Sequence record: OR539220.1
Length of the DNA stretch: 64,000 nucleotides
Strand: one strand, 5' to 3'
Origin: Escherichia phage vB-Eco-KMB40
The notes beneath the pieces were generated by a model. That model was not told where the DNA came from and did no database searches. It worked only from the letters and a program-made list of their open reading frames with translations. The translations under genes and the position numbers were made by a program. This document shows, piece by piece, positions 1-10,068 of this stretch (its first letter is position 1; every line of letters starts with the position of its first letter).

Positions 1-6
1 TCCTTA

Positions 7-2184
7 TTAGGCCGCAAGGGCCTTCATAGTTTTGGCGATTTGGGAAACTTCATCATCACTTAAAGAGTTGCGATATCCGATGAAGTCGGAAACAATACGG
101 AATTTCTTGGTAAACTCAGCAACCATTTTATCACTGTTTTTTGAAGCATTATTTGATAATACATCAAAAAGATTAGTTACTGTCCAGATGTCATGACCGA
201 TGGTATCTTTTCCACCATTAAAATATACACCACGCAATGAACTAACTATATTAGCGAGTCGTGTATATTCTTCAGAAACTTCATCTGTACTGAAGTACTT
301 CATCATAAAATCTAGTTCAGGATACTTGATAATTTTATCAATATATCGTTGAGCTGAACTTGAATAACCTACGTACTTATCATAATCTACATCATCAAAA
401 GCATCTACATATAAATCACGCAAAGCTTCAAAAATACATTGGCACTGACCGAGTTCTTTTACCTTTTTCTGTAAAAGCGGACGAATAACATAAAATTCAT
501 TAATGCCAATAAGATTAGCCATACGAATCAAAATATTCATAGATGGATGACAGAGAGATGTAGTACCATCCATAGAGAAAATATCAGAACGATGCATATA
601 CGCTACATAACCAGTAATTTCATCTGCTTCTGACGTAAGTGTAAATAGTTCCTCTTTTTCCCAGCGCCCATCTTTAATTTCAAACTTAAATGCTGTAGCA
701 GCTTTAGGACGAGGAGCTTTACTTTTAACTATCTTTGGAATATAGCTTTTAACTAAAGCTTCAATTTCTGACAAATAATGAATGTTAACTTCATCACTTT
801 CAAACATCGCCATAATATCAGGAAGCAAATCAATCTGCGATTCTACTTCTGGATTAATAAACAGAAGACGCTCATTGTGATGAATATTCAAAGTGTTATT
901 AAATTCACTATCATCTAACGCATGTGCTAATCCACGGACAATATTAACACGATTTTTAATATTATCAATAACGATATTAATTTTTGTTGTATTGATACCA
1001 AACAGACGATAACTTGATGCAACGGCTGAAGTTTCATGACTTTGCTTAATGCGTTTCAGTCGAGGGTCAAGATTTACTTCATACACAACTCCTGCATTAC
1101 ATAACTTACTATCAGGTTCAAACATGCTCTGCATCTTTTTATATGACAGATTTTTAGTCGTGAATTTGACTGAATTACTAATCATATAATCTCGAGCAGA
1201 ATACCCCATCTTCATTAATTCGCGATATGTATGACGAGGAGATGTAGATTCTTTAAATCGTTTTACATCTTCATTAAATGCTTTCTCACTGAGTTCTTTA
1301 ACTCGTTCAATGATATTTTTACGAGTGCGATCATCTAGTGAAAGAGCCTCGCGAGATGGAGCAATATCAAGTGAACCCATTGGAAACTTAATGTAATTCA
1401 CTTCATTGCGAATGCTTAGCCAGTTACGGTCTCTAATAACACCATCGATAGGATAAACAATACCGCCATAGATAGCATATAATCCACCACGATCAGGCCA
1501 GTATCTTTCTGGATTTACACCATAATAATCATCAAAATCAGGAAAATAATCAATTTCGCGGTCAAGACCATTAATGATAGCCAAATCTTTGAACGGTCGC
1601 ATAATATAAGAAACTTCATAAGCAAAGTTTCTAAAGTCTTTTTCTTCAACTGGAACTACGATTTCAATACCAGTTTTATCATCTGGACCCATTTCTTTTA
1701 CGAATGTAGGTTTAATTTGTGGACCATCGCCATCCATGTAAGCTACATAACCACGAATTTCACCTTTATGATACGAAGTAATACTAAACGTATCAGTATA
1801 ACTAAACGGAGATTTAGAACCTAAACCAAATCCGCCAATAAAGTCATTAGATTCAGCCTTAGATGAACTGAAGTATGAATTATACAACCCAGGAGAATTA
1901 TCATCACCTTGAATATCAAAATCACTCATACCCGGACCAAAATCTCGACAAACAAATCGTGGGTCTAATCGTCCTGGAACTTGTATGATAAATTTTTCAG
2001 GATTTCCATTGAGAGCATGGGCATCAATCATGTTAGTAATTAATTCACGGACTACTGCGCGAATCTTGTTTGTATACAAATCAGATGACAGAATTTTAAA
2101 TACTTTAGGAGATGCTGTGATGCTAAATGCTTTTGATTTAGAACCATTACCAAGAATTGTTTCTTTTTCAGTGGTGATAATCAT
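7..2184 (-). CDS. rIIA: rIIA protein (725 aa)
   Basis: 725-aa ORF, same length as T4 rIIA, N-terminal ATPase-like region; followed by rIIA.1 and gene 39 as in T4. Confidence 0.9.
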   Translation of the reverse strand: MIITTEKETILGNGSKSKAFSITASPKVFKILSSDLYTNKIRAVVRELITNMIDAHALNGNPEKFIIQVPGRLDPRFVCRDFGPGMSDFDIQGDDNSPGLYNSYFSSSKAESNDFIGGFGLGSKSPFSYTDTFSITSYHKGEIRGYVAYMDGDGPQIKPTFVKEMGPDDKTGIEIVVPVEEKDFRNFAYEVSYIMRPFKDLAIINGLDREIDYFPDFDDYYGVNPERYWPDRGGLYAIYGGIVYPIDGVIRDRNWLSIRNEVNYIKFPMGSLDIAPSREALSLDDRTRKNIIERVKELSEKAFNEDVKRFKESTSPRHTYRELMKMGYSARDYMISNSVKFTTKNLSYKKMQSMFEPDSKLCNAGVVYEVNLDPRLKRIKQSHETSAVASSYRLFGINTTKINIVIDNIKNRVNIVRGLAHALDDSEFNNTLNIHHNERLLFINPEVESQIDLLPDIMAMFESDEVNIHYLSEIEALVKSYIPKIVKSKAPRPKAATAFKFEIKDGRWEKEELFTLTSEADEITGYVAYMHRSDIFSMDGTTSLCHPSMNILIRMANLIGINEFYVIRPLLQKKVKELGQCQCIFEALRDLYVDAFDDVDYDKYVGYSSSAQRYIDKIIKYPELDFMMKYFSTDEVSEEYTRLANIVSSLRGVYFNGGKDTIGHDIWTVTNLFDVLSNNASKNSDKMVAEFTKKFRIVSDFIGYRNSLSDDEVSQIAKTMKALAA

Positions 2185-2194
2185 AATTTCCTCA

Positions 2195-2398
2195 TTAATT
2201 CATATTACGCTTAATAACTTCAGCAACTTCTAGTAGTTCATCTTTAGTTGCAGTGTCGGATTGAATTTTATCTCTAATATCTTTAAAGCGGTTTTTAAAT
2301 TCTTCGGCTTCTCCCATATCGAAAAAGCGTTGAATGATTCTATATTCTCGATGAACTGCTTTATCAAAAAGTTCTAAATTTACTTTATATGATTTCAT
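2195..2398 (-). CDS. rIIA.1: rIIA.1-like small protein (67 aa)
   Basis: 67-aa ORF directly upstream of rIIA, same position and size as T4 rIIA.1. Confidence 0.7.
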   Translation of the reverse strand: MKSYKVNLELFDKAVHREYRIIQRFFDMGEAEEFKNRFKDIRDKIQSDTATKDELLEVAEVIKRNMN

Positions 2399-2423
2399 TT
2401 CAATATCCTCATTTGCCCAATTA

Positions 2424-2453
2424 ATTATACCACATCCTTGTGGTAAAGTAAAC
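2424..2453 (-). promoter_or_regulatory. early sigma70-type promoter (GTTTAC -35, TATAAT -10)
   Basis: minus strand GTTTAC at 2448-2453 and TATAAT at 2424-2429, 18 nt apart; upstream of rIIA.1/rIIA; 32 nt identical to promoter at 46641. Confidence 0.6.
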
Positions 2454-4270
2454 TACTGACTCATCCATTCTTTACGAAGGTCAGCATTATCTCCCATGAG
2501 CATTTCAAAAAGCTCTTTCCAGTTCTCAGGAAGTTTAACAACATCATATACTGGATTTTGAATCATCTCACGATATTCAGATTTTTCCAAAGAGCCAAGT
2601 CCCTTAATATAACGGATGCTATGTTTAGGTAGAGCATCTTTGGCACTCTCATATTCAGCGACTGTATAAAACCATTCTTGTTTTTTACCGACCTGAGCGA
2701 TGATTACAGGAGTTTTGACAAAACGAATTCGTCCTTGCTCAAACAATTCTGGCCAATTACTAAAAAATCCGAGCAAAGAAGGATAAATGCTTCCTAGACC
2801 ATCATGGTCAGCATCAGTCATAATAGCAATATTATGATAATTCAAGTTTTCAGCTTTTTCACCGAGAACTAATCCAGTGATTGCGCAAATATCAAATAGT
2901 TCTTTGTTTTTAAGCATATCTGCATAAGACATACCCCAACTGTTGAGAACTTTACCGCGCAATGGATAACCACCGTGAAGTTCTTTATCGCGAACATCAA
3001 TAAGATATCCGATAGCAGAATCACCCTCAGTCAAGAAAAGAGTAGTGTCAGCATCTTTACCACAAAGATTCGCTTTGATATGTTTATGAACCTTAGCTTT
3101 AGAAGCCTTTTTAGCTGCTTTAGTTTCTGCTGCTTTTTCTGCTGCCAATTTACGAGCCAAAGCAGCTTCAATAATTGGCATCAAAATTGCTTCATTATTT
3201 AGAATAGCACGTGAAATCTTTTTAGCATCAAGCTGAATATGACTACGGATTTCACCAAATGGAGAAGTCAAACGCTCTTTAGTTTGAGAATCAAATCGCA
3301 TGTTTTTCATATCACGAACAAACATAACGATAGTCAAACATTCTTTGACACGCGCTTTAGTTACATCAATTTTGAACTTACGTTTGATTTGTGGAATAAG
3401 GTCTTCACAAATATCATCCATAACACAGTCAATGTGATGGCCACCATTCTTAGTATGAATGTTATTGACGTATGTTAATTGACGAAATCCATCCGGTGAA
3501 CGACCAACCGCAATAGAACAATTTTCTTGTTCTTGAACAATAGCATGTTCATCATACTGTCGTGCATATTTCTTAAAATTGCCCTGAACCTTTTTACCAT
3601 TAAAGGTAAATTGAATATCAGGATAAACAACAGCAAGTGTCTGGAGACGATCTAATGTAATGTCAAGATAAACCTGAGATAGCTCATTAGTTTCAAATGA
3701 CATAAAATCAGGAATGAAAGTAACGCGAGTTCCTTTCCATTTTCCAGGAATATCTTCCCATGATTTATTTTCCATGCCATTTGAACAACGAACTACAATA
3801 TTATTTTGACCATCACCAGTTTCACCGACAAACATCACAGAAAAAATGTTTGTCAAACTAGAACCAACACCATTCATACCGCCGGTGACGCGTTCTTTAT
3901 CATCACCGAAGTTACCACCTGCTTTTGGAATAGTCCATGCAGCAACAGGACCAGGAATTTCTTCACCGGTAGGTGTTTTAACCATCGCTTGCGGAATACC
4001 ACGACCGTTATCTTCAACTGTTACTTGATTGTTTTTAATAGTAACATTAATTTTATTTGCGAATTTAAACTTAGTACGAATACCTTCATCTACTGAGTTA
4101 TCGATAATTTCATCAATAAGCTTAACAAGACCAGGTACATACTGAACACTTTCCCATTTACCAAACAGAAAGCGCTCATGCATTTCATTAGCAGAAGAGC
4201 CAATGTACATGCCACTACGCTTTTTGATATGTTCAATATCGCTCAGAATTTTAATTTCATTCTTAATCAT
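2453..4270 (-). CDS. 39: DNA topoisomerase II large subunit, unsplit (605 aa)
   Basis: GyrB-like ATPase motifs, N-terminus MIKNEIKILSDIEHIKKRSGMYIGS as T4 gp39; continuous ORF covers the part encoded separately by gene 60 in T4; track start at 4273 is GTG, ATG at 4270. Confidence 0.9.
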   Translation of the reverse strand: MIKNEIKILSDIEHIKKRSGMYIGSSANEMHERFLFGKWESVQYVPGLVKLIDEIIDNSVDEGIRTKFKFANKINVTIKNNQVTVEDNGRGIPQAMVKTPTGEEIPGPVAAWTIPKAGGNFGDDKERVTGGMNGVGSSLTNIFSVMFVGETGDGQNNIVVRCSNGMENKSWEDIPGKWKGTRVTFIPDFMSFETNELSQVYLDITLDRLQTLAVVYPDIQFTFNGKKVQGNFKKYARQYDEHAIVQEQENCSIAVGRSPDGFRQLTYVNNIHTKNGGHHIDCVMDDICEDLIPQIKRKFKIDVTKARVKECLTIVMFVRDMKNMRFDSQTKERLTSPFGEIRSHIQLDAKKISRAILNNEAILMPIIEAALARKLAAEKAAETKAAKKASKAKVHKHIKANLCGKDADTTLFLTEGDSAIGYLIDVRDKELHGGYPLRGKVLNSWGMSYADMLKNKELFDICAITGLVLGEKAENLNYHNIAIMTDADHDGLGSIYPSLLGFFSNWPELFEQGRIRFVKTPVIIAQVGKKQEWFYTVAEYESAKDALPKHSIRYIKGLGSLEKSEYREMIQNPVYDVVKLPENWKELFEMLMGDNADLRKEWMSQ

Positions 4271-4297
4271 CACTTATCCTCGTTTGGTTTCGGGAAT

Positions 4298-4322
4298 ATT
4301 ATACTCCGGTAATCATAAAGCT
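4298..4322 (-). promoter_or_regulatory. candidate middle promoter (MotA-box-like AGCTTTA, 12-nt spacer, TATAAT)
   Basis: minus strand AGCTTTA at 4316-4322, TATAAT at 4298-4303; upstream of gene 39 start. Confidence 0.4.
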
Positions 4323-4340
4323 AAAGGCCCGAAGGCCTTT
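4323..4340 (-). terminator. intrinsic terminator hairpin (UUCG loop)
   Basis: AAAGGCC-cgaa-GGCCTTT perfect 7-bp stem, U-rich flank; right after stop of 4340..4600 ORF. Confidence 0.6.
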
Positions 4341-4600
4341 TATTTAAAACGGATAGTCGAATCCTTAAAGAACAGCCCAGAACATACTGTTCCTTCTACT
4401 TTCTGCCCAGTAGGTCCAATAGCACGAAATCCAGTATGCTGGAAATCATTTTCAGAGCAACCGAACCAATTATATCCAGTGATTTCAATATTAGTAAAAC
4501 CACTTGAAGACAAAACTTTAGTTGCATTATCAGCATCAGTACATCCTACTAAAGACACTACTAATACTAATGCTGCAATAGAACGATTAATATATTTCAT
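4340..4600 (-). CDS. predicted lipoprotein (86 aa)
   Basis: signal peptide with lipobox LVGC; in 39-cef interval. Confidence 0.5.
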   Translation of the reverse strand: MKYINRSIAALVLVVSLVGCTDADNATKVLSSSGFTNIEITGYNWFGCSENDFQHTGFRAIGPTGQKVEGTVCSGLFFKDSTIRFK

Positions 4601-4602
4601 AA

Positions 4603-4779
4603 TTACCCTTTAAGCAAGTCGTAAAATCCGCCATTCACATGCTTAGGAGCGGAAACTAACCGAATAGCAATCCGATGACAATCAGGACATACATCAGTAT
4701 CTCTTTCAGAAATTTTCTTGATTTTTTCGTATTCTTTTGCACAGTCTTTGGATTGACATTTATAATCATAAAGCGGCAT
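4603..4779 (-). CDS. zinc-ribbon protein (58 aa), not in ORF track
   Basis: MPLYDYKCQSKDCAKEYEKIKKISERDTDVCPDCHRIAIRL..., Cys pairs CQSKDC and CPDC; SD AAGGA before ATG at 4779. Confidence 0.5.
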   Translation of the reverse strand: MPLYDYKCQSKDCAKEYEKIKKISERDTDVCPDCHRIAIRLVSAPKHVNGGFYDLLKG

Positions 4780-4781
4780 AA

Positions 4782-5195
4782 TTATTCCTTAAAGTGAGCT
4801 TTCAACATCTGATACAAGGACCATGCCTGTTCATTATTTTCAATAGTAACTTTCATTACAGGGAATTTAGATGGATCAGTTATCGGTGCAGATTCTTCCT
4901 GCTCTTCAGCTGCCTGGTATGGATTTTCAACTTCATTAAAGAACTCAGCTTCGCTCGTTGAAAGCCAAATAAAGTCTTCATCCAAAATATCTTTACCAGA
5001 AGATAGTACTAAATTTCCAGTAGATGTCACAATTTTAGTAGGACGCCCGTAATAGTCAACATCTAAAATTTTAAAAGGTTCCATACCTAAACGGCGCGCA
5101 TAGATTCCGTTATCAGTATGGTCTTTAATAAAATTTTCTTGAGCTTGTTTATTTTTAAATTGATACCATTTATTAACTTCAAATTTAATAGCCAT
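4782..5195 (-). CDS. hypothetical protein (137 aa)
   Basis: ORF in 39-cef interval; no recognised motif. Confidence 0.5.
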   Translation of the reverse strand: MAIKFEVNKWYQFKNKQAQENFIKDHTDNGIYARRLGMEPFKILDVDYYGRPTKIVTSTGNLVLSSGKDILDEDFIWLSTSEAEFFNEVENPYQAAEEQEESAPITDPSKFPVMKVTIENNEQAWSLYQMLKAHFKE

Positions 5196-5410
5196 TAATA
5201 AATTTCCTTCCAGTAAGTTGTGCCATCTTCAGTAATTTCACGAAATACACCATAAATTGGCTGTTTATCGCCGACTTTCTCATACACATAAACCGAAGTC
5301 AAGTGAGTAAACTTGATGGTGTGTTCCTTTTGAACTACTACCAAATCTGGATCAAATAATACATCTTCAAATTCATCATTAGTGCAGTTCTGAACAATTT
5401 TACGTTTCAT
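5195..5410 (-). CDS. hypothetical protein (71 aa), at position and size of T4 cef
   Basis: 71-aa ORF with SD GAGGAAA; assignment by position and length only. Confidence 0.4.
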   Translation of the reverse strand: MKRKIVQNCTNDEFEDVLFDPDLVVVQKEHTIKFTHLTSVYVYEKVGDKQPIYGVFREITEDGTTYWKEIY

Positions 5411-5508
5411 TATAATTTCCTCATTAATTGAACAGTGGAGCGATGCGTTTCAAAAGAGTAGCAGCACCTTTAGCGAATTTTCATTTTATTCTCCAAGTTG
5501 TTTTCTGT

Positions 5509-5551
5509 ATCAGTAGTTGATATTGATATAGTACCATAATCAACTACTGAT
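5509..5551. repeat. 13-bp perfect inverted repeat around a promoter -10-like element
   Basis: ATCAGTAGTTGAT at 5509-5521 and ATCAACTACTGAT at 5539-5551, 17-nt spacer attgatatagtaccata. Confidence 0.7.
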
Positions 5552-5579
5552 GTATATAGTTTTATGAAAAATTTAAACT

Positions 5580-6068
5580 TTATGCATAGAGAGCATTGCT
5601 ATAGTGTTTAATCCAGCTTTCAGGAATGACTTTGTATGTTCCTAAAAATACCACATTGTACAGCTTAACACCATCTTCTACCCATTGATCAGTAATGTAT
5701 GCACACATAGCGCGAGTATAACAAGCCTTTCCATCATCTTTGATAAATTTAAATTCACAAGGAGCAATGAACTTGATAGCCTGACCGAGTTTCCACTTAA
5801 AGTCTACACCTACATGCGAAGTATCAATCGTTTCAATTCCTTTAGCGGGAACAGCTTTCAAAAACGCAGGCTCAAGAAATTTCGCACGAACATAGCCAAA
5901 CTGAGGTTTAGACTTTCCATCCTTAGGAATAATACGCACTTTTACTTCAGAATCTTCATCTTTAACGCCATGTTTAAGCTGAATGCTTACAATTTCAACC
6001 AATTTTCCTGCTGCTTTAGAACGGGATTTATCAGATACACGAGCAATTTCACCAATATTAATAATCAT
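5580..6068 (-). CDS. motB: MotB-like protein (162 aa)
   Basis: 162 aa as T4 MotB; position between cef-like ORF and dexA. Confidence 0.6.
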   Translation of the reverse strand: MIINIGEIARVSDKSRSKAAGKLVEIVSIQLKHGVKDEDSEVKVRIIPKDGKSKPQFGYVRAKFLEPAFLKAVPAKGIETIDTSHVGVDFKWKLGQAIKFIAPCEFKFIKDDGKACYTRAMCAYITDQWVEDGVKLYNVVFLGTYKVIPESWIKHYSNALYA

Positions 6069-6112
6069 AGTTATCTCTCACTTGTTAAAAAGATTTTATA
6101 CTCCACAGGACC

Positions 6113-6142
6113 ATTATACTCTGGTCCCAAGAGTTTGTAAAC
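6113..6142 (-). promoter_or_regulatory. early sigma70-type promoter
   Basis: GTTTAC at 6137-6142, TATAAT at 6113-6118; upstream of motB. Confidence 0.55.
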
Positions 6143-6144
6143 TA

Positions 6145-6687
6145 TTACTTCAAAATAGCTACCACCGCACTACGAGGTACTACACTAAAATCACCTGCAT
6201 GAACAACGTTCAGAAGTTCAACACCATCTTCAATCCACTGGTCTGTTACCCAACCACAGACCGAAATAAATGGAGTCTTGATAGCTACAGCACGAGTTAG
6301 AAGGTCGGTAGGGTCTTGTTCTTCAACTTCTTGGAACAGGATGAACTCATCTTCATAAACCAGGTTTTTCTTTATTTTGTTATTATCTAACCGGCGACCG
6401 TGGATGACGTAAGATTTGTCAAACCACTCACTTTTGGCAAATTCTTCAACAATAAATTCGCCTTCGCCAAAAACATCAGTCAGAGTTTTATGACCGGAAA
6501 TCAAGGCATTAGTTTTAATTTTAGGTTCAACCAGTTTGTAGGTTTTGCCGATTTCAATAGTGGTAGTCATAGTAGGTTCCTTAATTTCCAGTGGTTTAAC
6601 AGGGCATACATAAGTGCTTACAACATCAAAATCAATCAGTTTAGCTACCGGATTCGATATGTATTCAGGATTATAATTAAATTTCAT
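6145..6687 (-). CDS. MotB paralogue (180 aa)
   Basis: C-terminus VTDQWIEDGVELLNVVHAGDFSVVP resembles motB ITDQWVEDGVKLYNVVFLGTYKVIP. Confidence 0.5.
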   Translation of the reverse strand: MKFNYNPEYISNPVAKLIDFDVVSTYVCPVKPLEIKEPTMTTTIEIGKTYKLVEPKIKTNALISGHKTLTDVFGEGEFIVEEFAKSEWFDKSYVIHGRRLDNNKIKKNLVYEDEFILFQEVEEQDPTDLLTRAVAIKTPFISVCGWVTDQWIEDGVELLNVVHAGDFSVVPRSAVVAILK

Positions 6688-6689
6688 AA

Positions 6690-7190
6690 TTATCTCATTT
6701 CAATAAAATCTACAAGTTCAGCATGGGATTTACGGAACATTACCTGGCGTCCGCCAATGATAACTTCATCTTCAGGAACTTCATATACGGCGAGATAAAA
6801 TCCTTTAGAAGATAATTCTTCCCGCTCTTCTCGTGTGAACCATCTCATCATATCATATTCACTAGCGAAAGCAAAATGATAAAGAGCTATAAACCATCCT
6901 GGAATATGATATTCTACTCCAACATAATCTTTCTTGAACTTAGTATTAATTACTATATTAGCGTTTTTAACTAATAGTTTATCTTCGTGTGGTAAAGGAA
7001 TTCTTTTATTATCATCGCTATGATGCATAAAATTAGGTCTGTCATAACCTACGTGTAATAGCCACTCTTCGCTCCATGAATCTATTATACTCCTGTACGG
7101 CGTTATTTGAACACAAAGATTTCGACGTATTGTTATAGCATCTTCATAATCAAGAATACTAAACGATGATTCAACACGATAAATTTTCAT
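6690..7190 (-). CDS. hypothetical protein (166 aa)
   Basis: track ORF 6690..7229 trimmed to ATG at 7190 with SD GAGGA, because promoter -10 lies at 7218-7223. Confidence 0.45.
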   Translation of the reverse strand: MKIYRVESSFSILDYEDAITIRRNLCVQITPYRSIIDSWSEEWLLHVGYDRPNFMHHSDDNKRIPLPHEDKLLVKNANIVINTKFKKDYVGVEYHIPGWFIALYHFAFASEYDMMRWFTREEREELSSKGFYLAVYEVPEDEVIIGGRQVMFRKSHAELVDFIEMR

Positions 7191-7217
7191 TTTATTATCC
7201 TCAGTAGCTATGGTGTT

Positions 7218-7247
7218 ATAGTACCACAACTAACCGAGGAAGTAAAC
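7218..7247 (-). promoter_or_regulatory. early sigma70-type promoter
   Basis: GTTTAC at 7242-7247, TACTAT at 7218-7223. Confidence 0.5.
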
Positions 7248-7254
7248 AATTTTT

Positions 7255-7938
7255 TTATCGTTTTGTTGGAAGAGACAGAGGATCGCATTCTTCCTCTGAT
7301 GGAGCATCTTCAAGACCCATAGCATATCGCAAAGCATACTTCATCATCAAGATGTCTTTCGCACAGTCATGAATAGAATCATGCGCAACGAATCCATCTA
7401 AAGTTCCTTTTGGAAGAGGACACGTGGTCATATCACGAACAAGCAGAAGTGCTTCAATTCTGGTACGAATATCACGCTGATTCCAGAATTTACATGGTTC
7501 TAACTTAAATGTGTCAAGCTCATTCTCAGAAACACCATTAAGACGTTGAATATCACGAATTAGATCGACTAAAATTGGAAAATCAAACGACATTCCACGG
7601 CACCAGCCTTGAGATTTCCAAGGATCGATATTATGCGCATTGATGTAATCATTAAATTTTGCAATACCATCGATGGTGCTTACATCTTCATCTGATGGTG
7701 CAATATTTTTTCTAGCTTCAGGTGATTGATTTTTCCACCATTCAATAGTGCTTTTAGTAAAAAGACGATGTCCTTTTTGGCTTTTTAAATCAAATTTGAT
7801 TTTAATGCCGCGTGAAACTAATTCATCAAATGTTTCAACTACTTCTGGGTTAGGGTCAAAAGCAATTACAGCTAAATCAATAACAGCTGCTTTTTCACCA
7901 CTTCCCATTGTTTCAAAATCTATAATAAAATCAAACAT
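7255..7938 (-). CDS. dexA: exonuclease A, DnaQ-like 3'-5' exonuclease (227 aa)
   Basis: 227 aa as T4 DexA; N-terminal FIIDFETMG exonuclease motif. Confidence 0.85.
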   Translation of the reverse strand: MFDFIIDFETMGSGEKAAVIDLAVIAFDPNPEVVETFDELVSRGIKIKFDLKSQKGHRLFTKSTIEWWKNQSPEARKNIAPSDEDVSTIDGIAKFNDYINAHNIDPWKSQGWCRGMSFDFPILVDLIRDIQRLNGVSENELDTFKLEPCKFWNQRDIRTRIEALLLVRDMTTCPLPKGTLDGFVAHDSIHDCAKDILMMKYALRYAMGLEDAPSEEECDPLSLPTKR

Positions 7939-8180
7939 TAAATTTTCCTTGCTAAATCGCGAATTTGACCTACAGTATAGTCTTGAATATAAACTTTATT
8001 AATAGGTTCATCAATAAATTTTGCCATAGATTCAATATCTTTTTGTATCTCTTCAAGACTGTATACTATCTTTGAAGCTTTTTCGCGAATAGTAATATTT
8101 TCAGGACCCGGATTTTCTTCAATGACAGCTTTAACGTTTGTCATAAGAGATTTAAACTGGTACCAACTCAATTCAATCAT
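7938..8180 (-). CDS. hypothetical small protein (80 aa)
   Basis: track ORF trimmed to ATG at 8180, which overlaps upstream stop. Confidence 0.4.
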   Translation of the reverse strand: MIELSWYQFKSLMTNVKAVIEENPGPENITIREKASKIVYSLEEIQKDIESMAKFIDEPINKVYIQDYTVGQIRDLARKI

Positions 8181-8433
8181 TAATAACCGCCTTATAAAGA
8201 TGGCTAATTTCACCTAAAATGTAATCACTGATTGTAACAGTTTTTACTTCACCACAAAAGAATTCTAACGCAATCAAATCTCGTTCAATTTCTTCCAATT
8301 GAAGCATTAACTTGCCTGATTCAGTTTTCACATTTTTGCGATTTTTGCTATAAGCTATTTCATAAATTTCGCTTACTTTATCTTGAAGAAGATAAAACTG
8401 ATCTTTAGTTATTTCCACGAATAGCTTCCTCAA
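8173..8433 (-). CDS. hypothetical small protein (86 aa)
   Basis: ORF between dexA and dda. Confidence 0.45.
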   Translation of the reverse strand: MRKLFVEITKDQFYLLQDKVSEIYEIAYSKNRKNVKTESGKLMLQLEEIERDLIALEFFCGEVKTVTISDYILGEISHLYKAVIND

Positions 8434-8439
8434 ATTTAA

Positions 8440-9759
8440 TCATACATAAAATACATCATAACGACCACGGGTAACACCAACATAAAGAAGTTGTTGGGCC
8501 AATTCAGCATCTGCATAATGAATACAAGGCGTATAAATGAAAGCACGGTCTACAGACATACCTTGCGCTTTATGGAATGTTGATGCAGGAAGTGCTTTCA
8601 CTTTACTGAACTGTGATTTAGCATCCCAAAAATCACTCCACGGAGCTTTTCCGCCTTTGTTCCAATTTTTATAAGTTTCTGCCGTTTTACCTAAAAATAA
8701 ATTAAACTTATATAGCTCTTCATCAGATGAAATTATTTTAATCTTTTCACGATAATATTCATCATCGCCATAAGTTTCTACTGTTAAATCCCAATGACGA
8801 ATTAAGTATTCTCCAGGAACACCACGAGCTTTAACAAATGTTGATGTATATTCTGCTTCTATAATACGAACTAATTGTCCGTTATTAAAAATAATTTCTG
8901 AAACAGGCTTTCCATCAATTTTATATGTTTTAATTAATGGTTCCTGCATTACAATAATTTCACCGACAATAAAATCTTTATCAGTTTCAAAAATCTTTTT
9001 ACGAATAATGCTATTTAACTTATCAACAGATTTATTCGTAAATGCCATTACGCGGTTTTCAAACAAATCATCTAGAGATTTGACGATTGAAAAATAATTT
9101 ACCATAAAATCGCGTAAAGCGGTATCACCTGTAAATCCACGTACTCCATGCCCGTCAACAATTTTATCATAAATCCACTTACCGTTACGAACGTCAGTAG
9201 CTACATCAATAATAGGAGCATTACTGCGTTTAACTTCAGTGAGTTCGCACTGATAAAAATCTTTATGCGTAAAGAATGGACTGATATAAGCAGTGTTTTC
9301 TCCTGGGTCAACAGGTCTAATTTGCTTATTATCACCTATTCCAATTATAGTACACCACGGCGGGATAGTTGAAAGCAGAATTTTAAATAGCTTTCTATCA
9401 TACATTGACACTTCATCGCAGATTAATACCCTGCATTTAGCTAAATCTGGTACTTCTTTTTGTTCAAAAAGAACATTTTCTTCATATGTTACTGGGTTAA
9501 TTTTAAGAATACTATGAATAGTACTCGCTTCTTTCCCTGATAGTTTTGAAAGAATCTTTTTAGCTGCATGAGTAGGAGCTGCTAAAATAATACCAGTTTC
9601 ACCCGTAGATATTAAAGCTTCAATGATGAACTTGGTAAGAGTAGTCTTACCAGTACCAGCAGGTCCATTAATAGTTACATGATGTTTCTTTTCTTTAATA
9701 GCCTTCATAACAATGTTAAAGGCATTTTTCTGGCCTTCGGTCAAATCATCAAATGTCAT
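8440..9759 (-). CDS. dda: Dda DNA helicase, SF1 (439 aa)
   Basis: Walker A GPAGTGKT, 439 aa as T4 Dda. Confidence 0.9.
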   Translation of the reverse strand: MTFDDLTEGQKNAFNIVMKAIKEKKHHVTINGPAGTGKTTLTKFIIEALISTGETGIILAAPTHAAKKILSKLSGKEASTIHSILKINPVTYEENVLFEQKEVPDLAKCRVLICDEVSMYDRKLFKILLSTIPPWCTIIGIGDNKQIRPVDPGENTAYISPFFTHKDFYQCELTEVKRSNAPIIDVATDVRNGKWIYDKIVDGHGVRGFTGDTALRDFMVNYFSIVKSLDDLFENRVMAFTNKSVDKLNSIIRKKIFETDKDFIVGEIIVMQEPLIKTYKIDGKPVSEIIFNNGQLVRIIEAEYTSTFVKARGVPGEYLIRHWDLTVETYGDDEYYREKIKIISSDEELYKFNLFLGKTAETYKNWNKGGKAPWSDFWDAKSQFSKVKALPASTFHKAQGMSVDRAFIYTPCIHYADAELAQQLLYVGVTRGRYDVFYV

Positions 9760-10067
9760 CGTAAATTCCCTGCAATTGGTATACTAACAATACGCCCAGT
9801 ATCTAAAATTCGCTGATATAATCTTTGTGTGTCTACGTCAGGCTTAACATGTTTAACTTCTATTTTATTAAACCAAAATTTACGTGGAGTCTCAACTAAT
9901 CTTGGAATTCCCTTACCTAAAGCTAGTTGATACTGCTCTTTAAGAGTGGTAAATACTTTATCAGCAATCTTCCATTCAAAAAATACAGCAGGACGATGCT
10001 CATCAAGCGGAACTGGCGCCGTAAATCCGTCTTTGTCTCGGTAAACTATCGCATATACATAAACCAT
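9756..10067 (-). CDS. hypothetical protein (103 aa)
   Basis: ORF overlapping dda start by 4 nt. Confidence 0.5.
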   Translation of the reverse strand: MVYVYAIVYRDKDGFTAPVPLDEHRPAVFFEWKIADKVFTTLKEQYQLALGKGIPRLVETPRKFWFNKIEVKHVKPDVDTQRLYQRILDTGRIVSIPIAGNLR

Positions 10068-10068
10068 A

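Noticed and set aside
1985-4613. Plus-strand ORFs inside rIIA and gene 39 (1985..2233, 2975..3202, 3239..3478, 3806..4096, 3846..4028, 4203..4613)
   Set aside because: They lie antisense within well-supported long minus-strand genes and have no start signals; typical shadow ORFs.
5685-6798. Plus-strand ORFs 5685..6140, 5983..6300 and 6400..6798
   Set aside because: Antisense to motB and its paralogue; no SD; overlap promoter regions of the minus-strand genes.
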